A DNA stretch of 64,000 nucleotides, filler included, from Circinaria calcarea (GCA_051942165.1; 11 parts of 11 records of this genome joined end to end with filler, not necessarily neighbours in it), one strand, 5' to 3'. Positions 23,966 to 38,598 are shown, numbered from the whole stretch's first letter. Program-made: numbers and translations. The notes: generated from the sequence alone by a model not told the origin.

Positions 23966-26900
23966 CTAAACCTTCCCAATCCCACTCCTACTCCCGCTGT
24001 CGCTACTACCGCTCCCTCCCTCACCATCCCCCTTCCCCATAATAATCTCCTCCAACCTCTCCTTCTCCCCACTCTGCCCCACCATCTCCCAAAATACCCC
24101 TTTCTTCTCCAACAGTCGCCTCGGACTGTCATACTCAACCGCCTTGCCATCGCTCATGACCAAGATGCGGTCGAAATCCGCAATGGTGCTCAGTCGATGC
24201 GCAATGACCAGTAATGTGCTATCGCCGAACTCTTCCCGGATACTCCGCTGGATGAGAACGTCGGTTGCCATGTCGACGGCGGAGGTGGCTTCGTCCAAGA
24301 CCATGATCTTGGGTCGGGAAACGATTGCGCGAGCCAGGCAGAGAAGTTGGCGTTGGCCTTGGGAGAGGTTAAGGCCGCCTTCGCTGATACGCGAGGAGAG
24401 GGAGTTGAAGATGTTGGTGTTGGTATCCAAAGAAGTGGACAGTTCCTGGGCTGGGCTCCCTCGCCCACTTCCCTTGCCCGAGGAAGGCTCGTCACGGGAG
24501 GCAAGGCCGGTGGCACGGATGAGATGTACACGTTCCAAAGCATCCCGTAATTCGGCGTCTGAATGTTCGTCAAAGGCGTCAAGGTTCGAACGGACAGTAC
24601 CAGAGAAGAGGACAGGATCCTGTGGAATGATTGCGAGCCGCCCTCGCAAATCCTGAAGGTTGATCTTCGATATATCAAGACCGTCAATATAAATGCTGCC
24701 CTCTCGAGCTTCAAGGAAGCGAAACAAAGCCAACGTCAGAGATGACTTTCCAGCACCAGTCCGCCCCACGACACCGACTCTTTGATTCTTCGTAATCTTG
24801 AATGAAAGCCCCTTGAGAACAGGTGGAAGATCACTGGCATAACCGGCCACCACTCCATTCACTTCGAGGTTTCCTTCCGTGGGCCAGCCTGCCGGAGGAC
24901 TCATCCCTCCTTGGTCCTCGGTATCAAGTTGTGTATACTCCACGATGCGTTCGGCTGCATTCATGTCCATCTCTACGTTCGAGTATGAACGTAGAGTCCA
25001 GATTATAGACCCTGTATATTGTAAGGAAAAGGCTAGAGCAAAACCTGCCAAGGATGCATCGATATTTCTGGCAGATACTATGATGGCTGCCACAAAAATG
25101 GCAAAACAGGCTCCGACAACGTTCAACCGAAAGCCCATCCAGCGGTTAAAAAGCCAGACATGCCAGAGCGCCAAAGCATGATCATCAATTTTCTTGAACA
25201 TCCTAGGGTCGTTCTGTTAGTCTAACGAAGGGCAACATCGAGTACGTCAATAGCAGACCGCACGCGAGGCGTAACAGATAAGGTCAGAAAAGGATGAGCA
25301 CGTACCTATCAATGTACTCATCTGCCTTGTCAAAGGCTCTGATGGTACCTACACCTGCCAAAGCGGACCCAAATTGCTCGAAGATTGGACTCTTCGAATT
25401 ACTTTCCAGGCGTTTTACCTCCCGCGCTCCGTAAAGGTAGCGGAGAGCAATGTACAGCGCGATACTCATTAGCGCGGTAGCAAATATAATCATAAAGTAT
25501 GATACAAGAAAACCGGCAATGGTGATACCTAGTACTTCCAGAACCATGTAAAAAGCAAAGCCAAGATTGTGAGCGATCCGCGAATCGAGAATATTGAGAT
25601 CGGCAGTGAAGCGGTTCAAAACACGACCAACTGGGACCGTGTCAAGCCACCTTAATGGTGTTCGGAGGACTGTATATGACAGCTTTTCGAATAGAATTCG
25701 TGATGCTCTGATGGACGCACAAAAGGTAATAAAGTACCTTACTGTGCCGATAACAACGATTGCGATCGAAAACCCAATATAAATGCCAAGGTAATACCAT
25801 AGGCTACGGTTACTGCGCGATTCGATGGTATATTGAGTTGAATGATCAAGGTGTAGGTACTGAACCGTCGATGGCTGGGTAACAAAGAACGTTGATTCGG
25901 TTTCGTAAGACCTTGTCCAGATATTGACCCACCAAGACTGATCCAAGTTAGAATTTAATATTCCTAGAGATACTCGACAATTTGACCATAGGAGACGGAA
26001 TTGGTATAAATCATCAAGGAACGTGACTTACCCTGCCTAGCACCAATACCATGTAGCCAATGTAAAAGCATACCAGCGGGAGCCAGAGTTTCAATCCACC
26101 ACTTGTCGTAAGATACTCCTTGTAGATACCCAGCTTAATCGAACCCGTTTCCCTCGTCTCGTCCTCGGTAAACTTTTTCGGCTGAGTCTTGGCTTTGATA
26201 TCAATCTCACCCTCATCAACCCTGACTGAACGCTCACTGTGGCGACTAAAAACCTTCTGGAGCGTATTTCCATGTCCTTCATCATTTTCGGGAAACAACG
26301 TTTGATCTTCCTGCTTATCGTTTCCCTCTTCTTGCTTCAGGATATCTGCTAAGCTACCAGTCCGTTTCAAGTCTTCCACAAATCCGGCATGTGCTACAGT
26401 TCCTTCCCCGAGTAAGACGCTGTACTTGGTCCTGGGCAGACACAGTTGAACATGATGGGTGACCAAGATGCGGGTTCTTCCGACCCCAAGCTCGCCGGTC
26501 AATGCCTCTTCGAAGAGCTGCCGACCCACGTGTGCGTCTACCGCACTGAATATGTCGTCGAGTATTAGAATACCAGCTCGCGAATACATGGCGCGTGCAA
26601 AAGATACTCGCCACCTCTGGCCGCCACTCAGATTGATGCCATTGGCTCCAATATCAGTAAGCTCACCATCGGGCAGCATATCCAGGTCTTTTTCCAGCGC
26701 ACAAACGGAGAGAACTTTCCTGTAGCGACCAGCATCAAACGGTAGGCCAAAGAGGATATTGTCCTTGATTGTTGCGTTTTCTATGAAAGGAATCTGCGCC
26801 ACACTGAATGGATTATATCAGTATACCGCACCAGACCATGGCGATAGGTAGTACTTAAGCGGGCTGAACTTACAAAGCAATAGCGGAATCAACGATCCAG

Positions 26901-29078
26901 TTTCCCCTTGTGGCTTTATTATCATACCTTTCCTTCAGAGGAGGTGCTTTCGGCACTTTGATGGTCCCTGAAATCTTATCCACCTCACCCAAAATTGCGG
27001 CTAGCATCAGACTCTTGCCAGATCCTGTTTTCCCAGAGATCACACTTAGTTCTTTATTTGGGAACCTTACGTTGACATCCCTGAGGACAAACCTGTCAAG
27101 ATCATCATCTTGGCTATCGGATGGCCATGCTATGGAGCACTTTTCCAATGCGATCGACTCTGCCGGAGTAGTACAATCCGTTTTCTCTGGGGCGTTGAGA
27201 TATTCTTCAATCCTGTTGATACTTACCCATGCATCCACGGCATCGGTGGTCAGTTCCGGTATTATGGCTAGCGTGCCTTCAATTTGGGATAATATTGCTA
27301 TTGTAGTGAAAGCTATGGACGGCGATAAGCTGCCGTGCAGAATAGCATAAACAGTCAGGGAAACAGCGGAAAGCATGACAGGTCCAAGAATCCAGATGGC
27401 TACTAAAAAAGTATCATATTTGAAGACACTCCATTGCGTGTCGAGCTCCTGCTTCCTCTTCTCACCGATCTTGGCCTGCCACTGTCGCTCCAATGCCGAA
27501 AATTTTATCTGACGAATCCCTTGTAAAGCTTCGGTGACAACCGCCATCTTTTGATCTCGTAATTTCATCAGTTGTCCCTGCGCATTGTTGTACCTTCTGG
27601 AAATAAAGATATTGAAAGGTGTCGACAGTGCAAAGGTAACGAGGCCTGCTAACAAGCTTCTCCACCCAATAAGGCGCTGGAGGAACCACATACTGACGAC
27701 TAGCTTGGTGGCGACACCCGGGAAGACATAGGCAAAGGTGCAAAAGTCGGAGACTCTTTTGGAATCTACTGCAACAAGATTGATCGTGCTTTGCCGGGAT
27801 TTCTGAAGGTTTTCCTCTGCATTGCCTTCTTTACCGGGTATGGTATCTTCGCCGTTGGCTCCAGAGGACGCGTTGACTACTACGCCAGTGGTGGTGTTCG
27901 CCTCGCCTTCGGTTTCAGCTTCAGCACTTTTTACTCCTTTGACATCTTTCCGGCGGGTAGATTTCATGAAAACGAGGATAGATAACAGCGCCCGGACGGG
28001 TATCCCTAGATCACCGTAAATAACAAAGAACAGCCACGATTCGATCCACGATGTTGCGAGGATTGCTAGGCCCAAACCGACGACCCATGCCCATGCAATC
28101 GTCGCGACTGCGGCACCTTCTGGTCGTTGCTCGAGTAGTCGTAGGATGTGGAACATGGCGTACTGCGGTGCAAACTGGGTGACACTCACCAGCACCACAA
28201 GTGTAAGTTGTTGAAGGAACACCCATCTGAAGTTAGAAATCACGCCTTTCCAAAGACGGTCCTTCTTCGTTTCGTGATTGTATCGATATTGTAAGTAGTC
28301 GGAACGGATGTACTGCGCCAAAGTGGGCAACGAGTCCAGGTTCAAACCCCTGTTACGCCTAGCAATTGCAAGCACGGGCGAGGCCCATGAAAAGGTATAA
28401 CGACCAAAGGCCGAGACGGTAAATTGTGCGTCAACAGGCCTGCCATTGCGAAATACAGCAGGTCGCCGTGGCAGGCAAAGAAGGGTGAGGGTTAAAACCG
28501 CTGCCACGCCCAGCTGGACCGCAGTCAATGCAACATGAGAGGGATATAACTCAATGCTAGATTGTCGAGATCCCAAAAACCAATTCTCAACGCCGATCAC
28601 AGTAGCAATTATCAAGGAAGCAACAGCGCCAAAGATTCCAAGATTGTATCTTTCCCGCGGTTCATGAGTAAAGAGTAGGTTCAGCGCTTGAACCACGACT
28701 AAAGCCTGAAGATTATCAATAGCCGTCCTTGCACGGAAAGCTGGGATCCCTTACCCATGATCCGAAAGTAATCCAATTCTCTATGAAAAGTGATCCCTCT
28801 GGATGTCGAGTACTGATCACCGACGCTGCAAGCGAGAGAAGGAATCCGATAACGGATCCCACGAGGCCAATGGTCCTGGGGATGATTGTGGAATACTCTT
28901 TCTGTGACTTCTCGGTGGCGACGCCATCGCCATCTTCGTAGAGAGTGTGGGAGATCTGGTAGCCACTGCTTTTCCGGGGCACCAACTTCTTGTAGATTGT
29001 CAGGAATGCTGGAATGGTCGTAGCGGCTACAAGGCCAAGACCGACAGATCCTACGATAATAGACGAGGATTTGGACAT
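23966..29078 (-). CDS. ABCC/MRP-type ABC transporter (Ybt1/bile-acid transporter-like), 5 exons
   Basis: Two TMD-NBD halves with Walker A motifs GKTGSGKS and GRTGAGKS, signatures LSGGQ and LSQGQ, and DEATSAVD. Confidence 0.93.
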
Positions 29079-29198
29079 TCTTTTCAAGGACGCACACCNN
29101 NNNNNNNNNNNNNNNNNNNNNNNNNNNNNNNNNNNNNNNNNNTTAATTAATTAANNNNNNNNNNNNNNNNNNNNNNNNNNNNNNNNNNNNNNNNNNNN

Positions 29199-30455
29199 TT
29201 GGTGTCGGCATGCTCAGCATGGTAGCTCCGCTGTACATTTCAGAAATCAGTCCTCCGGAAATTCGAGGAGCACTCTTGGTCCTCGAGGAGTTCAGCATCG
29301 TGTCTGGTATCGTAGTGGCTTTCTGGATCACATATGGAACCCAATATATGACCGGGGAATGGTCTTGGAGATTGCCTTTCCTGCTTCAACTGATACCAGG
29401 TATCGCCCTTGGCTTAGGGATTTTGTTCCTTCCATTTTCCCCGCGGTGGTTAGTGTCCCGAGGTCGAGATGACGAGGCTTTATCTAGTTTAGCAAAGTTG
29501 CGTCAACTACCTTCATCAGACAGCCGAGTGAAGCAGGAATGGTACGACATAAGGGCCGAAGTTGCCTTCCACCAAGAAGTTGGCGCTCTTCGATATCCAA
29601 ATCTGCAAGATAGGTCAGCCATGAGCCGTATCAAGCTCGAAATCGCTTCTTGGGCAGATTGTTTCAGACGGGGTTGTTGGCGAAGGACTCACGTTGGAGT
29701 CGGTCTGATGTTTTTCCAGCAATTCGTCGGTATCAACGCACTGGTAAGAATTTTTCATTTTCAAAGTACGATAGCGAAACTGACAACAGTTCCCCTCTCC
29801 TGATCAGATATATTATTCGCCAACTCTATTCCAGACAATGGGCCTGGACTATAGAATGCAGCTCATTATGTCTGGAGTCCTCAATATCACGCAGCTTGTT
29901 GGAGTTAGCAGCAGTATCTGGACAATGGACCGATTTGGCAGACGACCTTTATTGCTGTGGGGCAGCCTCTGTATGACAATATCGCACGTTGTCATTGCTG
30001 CGTTGGTAGGCCGATTCTCAAGCAACTGGCCTGCTCATAGGGCCGAAAGCTTCGTCAGCGTAGCTTTTTTGCTATTCTACATGCTGAGTTTCGGTGCATC
30101 GTGGGGCCCAGTCCCGTGGGCGATGCCTTCCGAAGTTTTCCCTTCCTCTCTCCGAGCAAAAGGTGTAGCATTATCAACGTGTTCGAATTGGCTAAACAAT
30201 TTCATAATCGGCATAGCAACTCCTCCGATGCTCCAGAACATTGGTTACGGTACCTACATATTTTTTGCTGTATTCTGTCTGTTGTCTTTCATCTGGGCTT
30301 ACTTCTGCGTCCCTGAAACAAACGGACGTACCTTAGAGGAGATGGATCATGTCTTCAAGGATGCTGGAGGTGAGCGGGAGGAGGCAAGGAGAGCAGCTAT
30401 CGAAAGAGAAATCATGCTTGGCGAAAGAAGGACAGTTACATCAAGCGACTTGTGA
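29199..30455 (+). CDS. MFS sugar porter (5' truncated)
   Basis: APLYISEISPPEIRG, PFSPRWL, FFQQFVGINA, DRFGRR and VPETNGRTLEEMD motifs. Intron at ~29743-29807. Confidence 0.93.
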
Positions 30456-33400
30456 TGCTTCGGCGGTTGGCTTGGCTGGAAGTGGCCGTGGGGCTGTACA
30501 CCCTCGGAGTGCAAAAGTCAAACCGAATCTCCGGAGCCGAGCTCACATGGTGTGGGCTTTCTACCTAAACCGGCAGCCAGTGAACGTTTTGTATATTAGA
30601 CTTTTTCCAATTTGCGCGTACCGAGCCTGCAATCTCCACCTGCATCAGTTCCACGCAGACCACGTACTCTTGAGGGACCGCAGATCTCCTGTGACTGGGC
30701 CAATAATGACGAAGCAGTATTATAGGTATTGCCCATAATCTACCACTCACACCGACAAGTGATCTACTTGCCCAAGCAGGATCTGGATCGGTTTTCAGCT
30801 GGAACGCGATCCGTCCGTACTTTGGCGGAGATTTCCGTCGCTTAGCGGAGCGGAGGCAAGAGTATCCATTAAACTGTCGCTCAGCCCACGGCTCACAGGT
30901 GGGGAGGACGTGAAGCGCCAATTAAAGTGCGTGGATACACTCCTTGGCGCGGCTGCTCGGTCACTCTTAAGCATGTTTCCGTAGGGCTCCGGTAGCGACT
31001 CGGACACGCGACGAAGGATTTTCGACAAGGGCAAGCTCCCGCTGTCACGGACAACATCAGGAGCATAACCTACTGTGGGTGGTCCCCCCACCGGCTGGAG
31101 TCTCTTTAGTAATCAAGCCGACGCCCTGTCAGTAGGGGCCTTATTCTCCTAGCCGGGAATGGTGGCCACGTGGGTAAGAGGAGAGGGGGGGGGGGGAAAC
31201 TCGAGATACAGGCATGAAACATGGCGGTGATCTTCTGGGGAGTGTAACACTGCCATCCATGGCAGAAGGGTGACCATTTGACCGGACAGCCTTGGTCACG
31301 GGTCCTGATGGGTGTCCGTGCGATGTCATCTCTTTTTCGCCTCTTGTCGCACTTACGAAGTGGCACAGCAACGTTGACAAATTCTCGGATCAGAGTTCAG
31401 AAAGGGCAACGTCGAATGGATTAGAAATGGTGTTAGGCATCCCTGTCCCAGCCTGGCTCTTTCATGCTGACGGGGGCGATAGTGGACACGATTACACTTC
31501 GGCAGCCGATTCAATCCGTGTGGTTGGTGCCTGCATGAGAAGGATTGGCCTTCTCTCCCATTGTTCGAATTAACCATTCATTAATTATTCAGCAGCCAGT
31601 GTAGCGGGTTCGGGGCTCGAAGATGGATAGTACACGGATTTATTAGCTTTGGTGAATCAGAGAGATCGTCCGTCCTTGAATCCCGGCTCTGGTGCCACTG
31701 TAAAACGTTGCAGCTATGAGGGTATCGTGGGAGAGATTATCCCTGGCGCCTCTGCTCGTCAACGCCTTTGATATCCTTCTGCTTCGGGGCTCAATCGAAA
31801 GCAACTCCCGTGATCCGGCTTGGCGTTACGCCTGAAAAGGAAAAGCTTGCGATGGCATGGTACGTGCGCATGGAATGAGTATCGCGGACTGACCTGTAGT
31901 GGTATAGTATGGGATGGTATGGGAGAGCTTGAGCCTCGATTCTGTCGATCACCCTCAAAGCTCTAGGGTATGCTGGCGAGGTACCACTCTTTGTGTCCCA
32001 GAATAGAGACTGGAGTGGCTTGAATGGGAGCTATGTCAGCCTTCCCACCCCTCCTTGTTAGACCATTCCTTCCCGCACTCACCGCCCACTTCCTACAACC
32101 ACTCAAGCATGGCATTTCTCATTTCTCGTTCGAATTCTGGAACGCGGTGAGGGTATGCGATGATAATCCCGCCGATCACACCGTCGCTGCCAGGCCACCC
32201 ATTGAGCCTCTCTTGTTCTGCTGCTCGTTACTGTTCTCGAAGACAGTCGACAACCCTGTCCTATTTGGTCTCACCGACAGAACCGACTTTATACCAATTA
32301 CCGCCCATTGCGGTTCGTCAGCACATGGCGCTCAGCCTTGACGATAACAGAACAAACCCTCGGATGGTTAGCCCAACGTCTAATTTGCGATTGGAAGCCA
32401 GTAAGAATAGAGCCAGGTGGAGTCGAGGTGATGGCCCCAGGCTCCCGGTGCCGTATCACTACTGGCACCCATGTTGGATCTATTTGCTTTTAGCCTCTTC
32501 CACCTCAGCCCCGTAATCGACCGGCAGAGCACTCGCTCCAACAGAGTCAACGTGACTCCCCAGTTATGTATGTCAGCCGCACACCATCGATGACGAGGGT
32601 TTCCTCCGCTTCTAGCGTTTGGACGGAATACCCTCAAATTGAGAAAGCTAGAGTGCTCGGTCTTTCAAGCAGACCAATGACGGCGGCCGGGTGCAACCTC
32701 ATACGCCGCAATTCTAGGCTGTGGTGTGTTTGAAGAAGCGGTATGGCAAGTGTGCAGACAAGATGGACCCAGAACATCGCGCTCTATCGACCAACTCGGG
32801 ATTGGTCCAATCGTTAAGGCTCACGCGGCCGACGTCCACGTACCACTCCCTATCTGACGAGGGTCAACCGGTATTAGGTGCGAACGTCCAGACGATCGGG
32901 TGGGGGTGGTATTGATGTCTGTGCTGGGAGTAAAACCGGATCGGACTTGGTGATGCTTATGGCCCTACGGACTTACGATAGTTCCGACCGACCGCTGTCT
33001 TAATTACACGAGCTGCCAATACAACGTTGACCGTCCTGAAGTTGATTTCACCGTTCTGCAATCTTTCCACCATCACTATCACCTTCTCTGCCGTCTTTAG
33101 GTGTTTCAAAGTTTCGTCGCAGGGTTCAAGGTCTTGATACTTACTCAGCCATCCGCAAGCGGTCCCTATCCATTTCGGCATCCGGCGGGTATCTCCTCAG
33201 AAGTACCAAGTTTAGCCGAGGAAGCCGCCATCAAACTAGCTGACTGCTTGCCCTCGAACCTCTCTTGCATATTTTCCAACGTCAACTACTACTGGTGCCT
33301 TATCCAGCTCAACGACCAGACCGGGGATCGAATCCTCCCGCCATTTCAGGTTCTCGCGCCTTTGAAGGCTGACCAGCACCCAATAAGGTTGGACAGGCAT

Positions 33401-33610
33401 GGTGTTCCTTGGTATATTTATTTGAAGCTCGCCTTGCCCCTTCCCAATCGTGGCGGAGAGCGATCCTTTGTTAGCTACCGCAATAGAAGAGATTATAGTG
33501 AAGTTATATACCGTTAGCCCCGTTGAAGAGTAAAGTGAAGCGCACCAAGAGCATCACGACCTTCTACATTGTATGTCAGATGTTTATTTGTCTCGTCATC
33601 CCGTTCTATC

Positions 33611-34186
33611 ATGACAGGCTCTTCACGTCGCACATCGCCGAGTCGCTCACGCCGGCATAGGTACCAAAGCGATCTTGATCTTGCTGTGGCCGAAGGCAGT
33701 CCTCAAAGCCTTGCACTAACGCCTAGTGTTGGCAGCCCGAGCATTCCTGTCCCGAGTTTGCCATATCAAGCTCCGGACCCTCAATATCGTCAACCATCTT
33801 ACGGGGGAGTCGAGTCCGACGCAACCCCTTTTCACCCTGCCTACAGCGCAAGCAACTATTCGGTGTCACCCACGGGGTCTTTTACGAGGAGTTCGCACTC
33901 ATATCAAACAGTTGGAGCGTCTCAATTCTCTAGCTGTTCTTCCTGGACGAGCTCCTATACTGCGGACCTGCTGCCTTCAGAAGTTCAGGTGATTCCAGGA
34001 GCCGATATGAGGTATTCGAGTTCAGAAACAAGCCATCTCGTTCATATTTACTTATGCCGTATAGTTTCGCATATTCCATGCAAGCTCCATTGCCAGGTAG
34101 TCACCAGGGTCAGCGCTATGATCCGACTATGGCAACAGCGCCAGGGGGTACGCTACCACTCTACCATTTTTAGAGCAGAAGTTTGA
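33611..34186 (+). CDS. Hypothetical Ser/Pro-rich ORF
   Basis: About 190 codons of open frame with low-complexity composition and no recognisable domain. Confidence 0.3.
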   Translation: MTGSSRRTSPSRSRRHRYQSDLDLAVAEGSPQSLALTPSVGSPSIPVPSLPYQAPDPQYRQPSYGGVESDATPFHPAYSASNYSVSPTGSFTRSSHSYQTVGASQFSSCSSWTSSYTADLLPSEVQVIPGADMRYSSSETSHLVHIYLCRIVSHIPCKLHCQVVTRVSAMIRLWQQRQGVRYHSTIFRAEV

Positions 34187-35719
34187 CAGCCATCAGGTTA
34201 TTTTCCAGAGGCTCAGCCACGTAGTAAGTCTGGCCCTTGCTTTCCTAATCTCCTATCAAGTTTGGCTTTGGGTATTTGTGAGATTGAACGACGTAAGATG
34301 CTGGGCGGCCGCGGCGGGTAGCGCGAGGCGCCTGCTATGAATCCAAAGTGCGGGTTCGCAGGTTCAGAATGCCGAACATCTTGGTTCAAGGGTAGGGGAT
34401 CAGAAGATTGTGAATGGTCTTGTTAACTCTTCTTGTAGCTCCTTCCTTACCATCTTCGTATGTCGACCCTGGCGAGAGACAATATCCGCATTCGCGTCAG
34501 GACTACGCAATTCCCGGGTAGATTGACCCCCTGAATAGCCATTGTGCCGTACAAATGGCTGACTTGATTATTGAAGCCCCCCTGCCTACAATAGCCGGTC
34601 TTACCAGCCGGTCTATAGCATGAGCACGGTTAGCCCAACTGTATACAGCGGGTATGCCCCCTGATTGGCGCATTCGTGTATTGTTCTAATTGTTTTCCAG
34701 ACCATCTCCCCTTGCAACGCAGATAGCACCAAGTATACCAGTGTATCCCCGTCATTATCAGAGTGGCCCGCAAAGTCCTCCCAACCAGTCAATTTCTTCA
34801 CACTCTGAGCAAGATTCAAGAGCAGAGTCATCAAGGGCTTTGCCTGGCCCCGGAGGTGCGCGCGAAAGACCGCAATGCTGGGAGCATGGCTGCAATGGAC
34901 GGGAATTTTCCACCTTTAGCAACTTGCTTCGNNNNNNNNNNNNNNNNNNNNNNNNNNNNNNNNNNNNNNNNNNNNTTAATTAATTAANNNNNNNNNNNNN
35001 NNNNNNNNNNNNNNNNNNNNNNNNNNNNNNNCTTCGAAGCTTAGCTATCTTATCTATTACTTTGGTTCTTTCTTTCGCCGTTCGTTGGCATATCGTCCAT
35101 TAGTTTAGCTACGATTTATCCCAGTTAAAGGACTTTTTCCTTATTGGTCTATTAATTTCTCTTATAATGAAATAGTCCAATAGTTATTGATTTATTTGAT
35201 TTGCTGTTAAATAATGAGCTAGTTATTGGTGAAGTAAGTGACATCCCTTCGTCCAATAGGCGTTGTGGTAATGACAGTAGAGTTTATAAATATAAAATTG
35301 ACAACAGTCGAGATCAATTAAGATTTGATCACGGTAATCTTGGTATTAGCGGTAATGATATTGGTAATCAGGGTAATTCTACTAATAAGGGTAGCTTATA
35401 CGAAAAAATTAAGGATAAAACTAGACGGAGAGTAACATGAGTTATATGAAAGCAACATACGGACACACATGTCAATTATGAAGAATTTAAAAAGTCTTTA
35501 AAGGGGGGGTATACAACAAAAATTTAAAATATTATTTGCCTTTCTATGGAGGAGGAAACCTAATTTTTAGAAATAATTTGAAAATTTAAAGTTTCTTAGA
35601 TGATTATCTTCCTGCCAGATTACGCTTTTTTCTCACTTTAATTACGCTTAGAATAAAAGACTAGATACTAGTTTATACTTATTTTTATAGTATATAGAGT
35701 GCAAATATCTAATAGTCTT

Positions 35720-37408
35720 ATGAAGTCAAATAATTTAATTAATAAAGGGAATGTTAACCTTTCGACCCGAGGAATGAAAGGTATTGCGCGTGTTTGAGTT
35801 CCAGTTGGAGTTGGTGTTGGTGTTGCAGTTGGTGTTGGTGTTCCAGTTGGTTTAAATAATTTTTATCGGCTACAGCTACACGAGGGAGATAAAAAAAAAA
35901 TGATATTATAGTGGTGGAGAAAGAGCTAAGAATAGTTTAGGTAATATTTTAAATAGTTTATTTACTAATCATATTAATAAACAATATTTATCTAACGAAC
36001 GAACAATCTCAAAAGGCTATTGAAGAGTTAGTATTTGATCAGTATGAATTATTCTTTAAAAATTATAAAGGATATTCTGTAGGTGGTATTAATACTGATC
36101 TTATATCTCCAAAACTAAAATCATATATTTTATAAAAAAAATGATGGTTTAATTAGGAGAATTAAAGAATTTAAAGAGTTTTATTTAAACTCTAACAAAA
36201 GAAAAAGACAGTATTCAGATATAGCTCCTATTATTAATGAATTAGATATAGATTCTCTATTATAATCTATGTTTACTTCATTTTATTATAATAAGTAGTT
36301 ATCAAAATTCAGAAGATAAAGAAAAATTTTATTCTATAAATGTAGCTATGGATATAGGTAGAAAGATGATAAGAAAATATTTATTTATTATGAAATCTAG
36401 TGATAATTATTTCAAAGATGTTAATTATTCTGATTGGTATACTAATAAGATAAAGAGTAATAAACTTTTAGTAAATAAAATAGAAAATGATGAAGTTATA
36501 GCATACTTAGGATTCTCTCTAATACAAATATTAGAGTCTTGTGATATGATTACTAGTAAATTAATTGTTCAATCTAAAGACGAAAAATATTATATATTAA
36601 CAGTAGATAAAAATCTATTAGATATACGAGAGAAATCTATAATAGATCTTCCTTTGAAATTACCTATGATTGTTAAACCTAAACCTTATAATAGTCGTAG
36701 CTTAGGTGGGTATTTATTAAATGATGTAAGGTATTGTGAAAAGTTAATTATAAAAAAAAATATTCTTAAAGATATATCAATAGTAAAAGATGATAATATT
36801 ATTTATGATATGGTTAATAATATTAGTAGTACACCATTTAAAATTAGTACAGAATTATTAGATTATATATTAACAAATAAACATGGTTTATTAATAGATT
36901 CTAGTAAGTCTAGCATATATGAAAATATAGAAAAGAAAAATAAATATCCACAAGCTAAATATAGTTCCCACATAAGCAAACTTAATTTACAGGAAACAAT
37001 ATTAGGAATAGTAGAATTTTATAGAAACTTTTCTCAAATTTACTTTCCAGTTAGAATGGATTAACGAGGAAGAATGTATTGTTCAAGCACTTATCTAAAT
37101 TATCAATCCACTGAATTAGCTAAAGCTCTTCTATTATTTGCCAATCCTGGTATAATTAATAAAAAAAAAATTAAATATTGTTAAATATTTAGAATTTTAT
37201 GGAGTTAATTGTTTTGGTAAAGATAAATTATCGGATATTACTAAGATAAAATGAATTAAAGATAATAGAGAAGATATTATAAATTATAACAACGGTAAAT
37301 TATTGAAGAAAGCTAAAGACAAATTATTATTTTTAGCATTTTGTATGGAATATAAGCGTTATATGCAATTTTTAGATGATGAAAATACATTTGAATTTTA
37401 TATTTAAT
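35720..37408 (+). pseudogene. rpo: Single-subunit (T7-like) RNA polymerase of a linear mitochondrial plasmid, degenerate and truncated
   Basis: LPLKLPMIVKPKPY, GGYLLND and [34 protein letters not shown] motifs. There is a premature TAA at 37062-37064, frameshifts in A-runs, and the C-terminal catalytic half is absent. The 5' limit is approximate. Confidence 0.88.
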
Positions 37409-37948
37409 CTTTAAAGATAAAATAACATCATCTCTAGTCATTAAATTTAATATATATTTTTCATTAGCTAAGTTAGCTTTTATTAATATATTTAATATAA
37501 ATACTACGTCATATCCAGCAAAATTATGTACATAAAATGTAAAACCATTATATTTACTCTCTAACATAGGATCTATACAATTTAATACCAATGTATCTGA
37601 GTCTAGATCTTTGTTAATATAAAAAGTATTTAAACCAAATTTGTGAGTATAAAACCCTCTAGCATAAACTAAAGGAATATTATTTTTATTAATACATGTT
37701 TCTATATCTAAAGTACCTATATGAGGATTAGAGATCCTTAAGTTTTTTAAAGCATAAACACCTTTAGGTTCTTTAATTACATCTAGATCTACTTTAATAC
37801 TAGTGGAAACTGTAAAGTTTTTATGATCTATAGTTCTAGTTACATTACCCATAGTTCTAGAAAACATAGTGTTAGAAATTAGATTATCCAAACATTTAAA
37901 TACAAACTTACCATCCACTGTGAAAATATAAATTATATTTTGTCTCAT
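37400..37948 (-). pseudogene. dpo: Protein-primed family-B DNA polymerase fragment (3'-5' exonuclease region) of a linear plasmid
   Basis: ExoI GTLDIET and ExoII FYVHNFAGYDVVFIL are present. The polymerase domain is missing. Confidence 0.85.
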
Positions 37949-38525
37949 TATACCTACAAATACAGGTTTAATGATAATAAAAATATTTATTATTAAAATC
38001 TGTAAAAGACTCTTTAGAATAATGTGTAGAATGTTTATAATACATTATTAATATAATTTTCCCTTTTTTATAAAAAAAAAAATTTATTGAATAAGATAAT
38101 TTATCTTCTACTACGACTTACATAAGTTTTATCCCCTCTATAATGTCTATGATGTCTGTGATCTCTGTTACTTCTATTACTTTCAGTAGTTGAAGTTTTA
38201 TGACTTTTATTACCCGCATCGCCTATGTTATAGGCGATGTTTCTAGAATGTTTTTAACTTCACTGTTAGATCTGTAATCTATATTATAATTATGGTTATG
38301 GTTACTATGTTTTAATTTATCATCAATGTTAGTTCTATTGTGATTCATTTTACTAAAAAAAAAAAAAATTGTGTTTTACTTAATCATGAATATTACTTTT
38401 ATTATTTCTTTCACTTATATAATTAGATCTTAGATCTAAGTTCTAAAAAGGCTTATCCAAAGGACATTTTGGATCTAGAGCACTTGTAACCTTATTTTTA
38501 TATAAAAAACTGAGAGGTAAAACTA

Positions 38526-38598
38526 AGCCGGGAGAGAAACTCGAATTCTCATTATTAATGCATGAAATTAATGTTCTAACCAATTGAACTATCCTGGC
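38526..38598 (-). tRNA. trnM: tRNA-Met (CAU), mitochondrial type
   Basis: The reverse complement folds as a cloverleaf: GCCAGGA/TCCCGGC acceptor, TTAAT-TTCATGC-ATTAA anticodon arm and GAGAA-TTCGAGT-TTCTC T arm. Confidence 0.92.

Noticed and set aside
30456..33560. Many 60-140 aa ORFs on both strands
   Set aside because: No motifs were recognised, and the density is compatible with chance ORFs in ~50% GC intergenic DNA.
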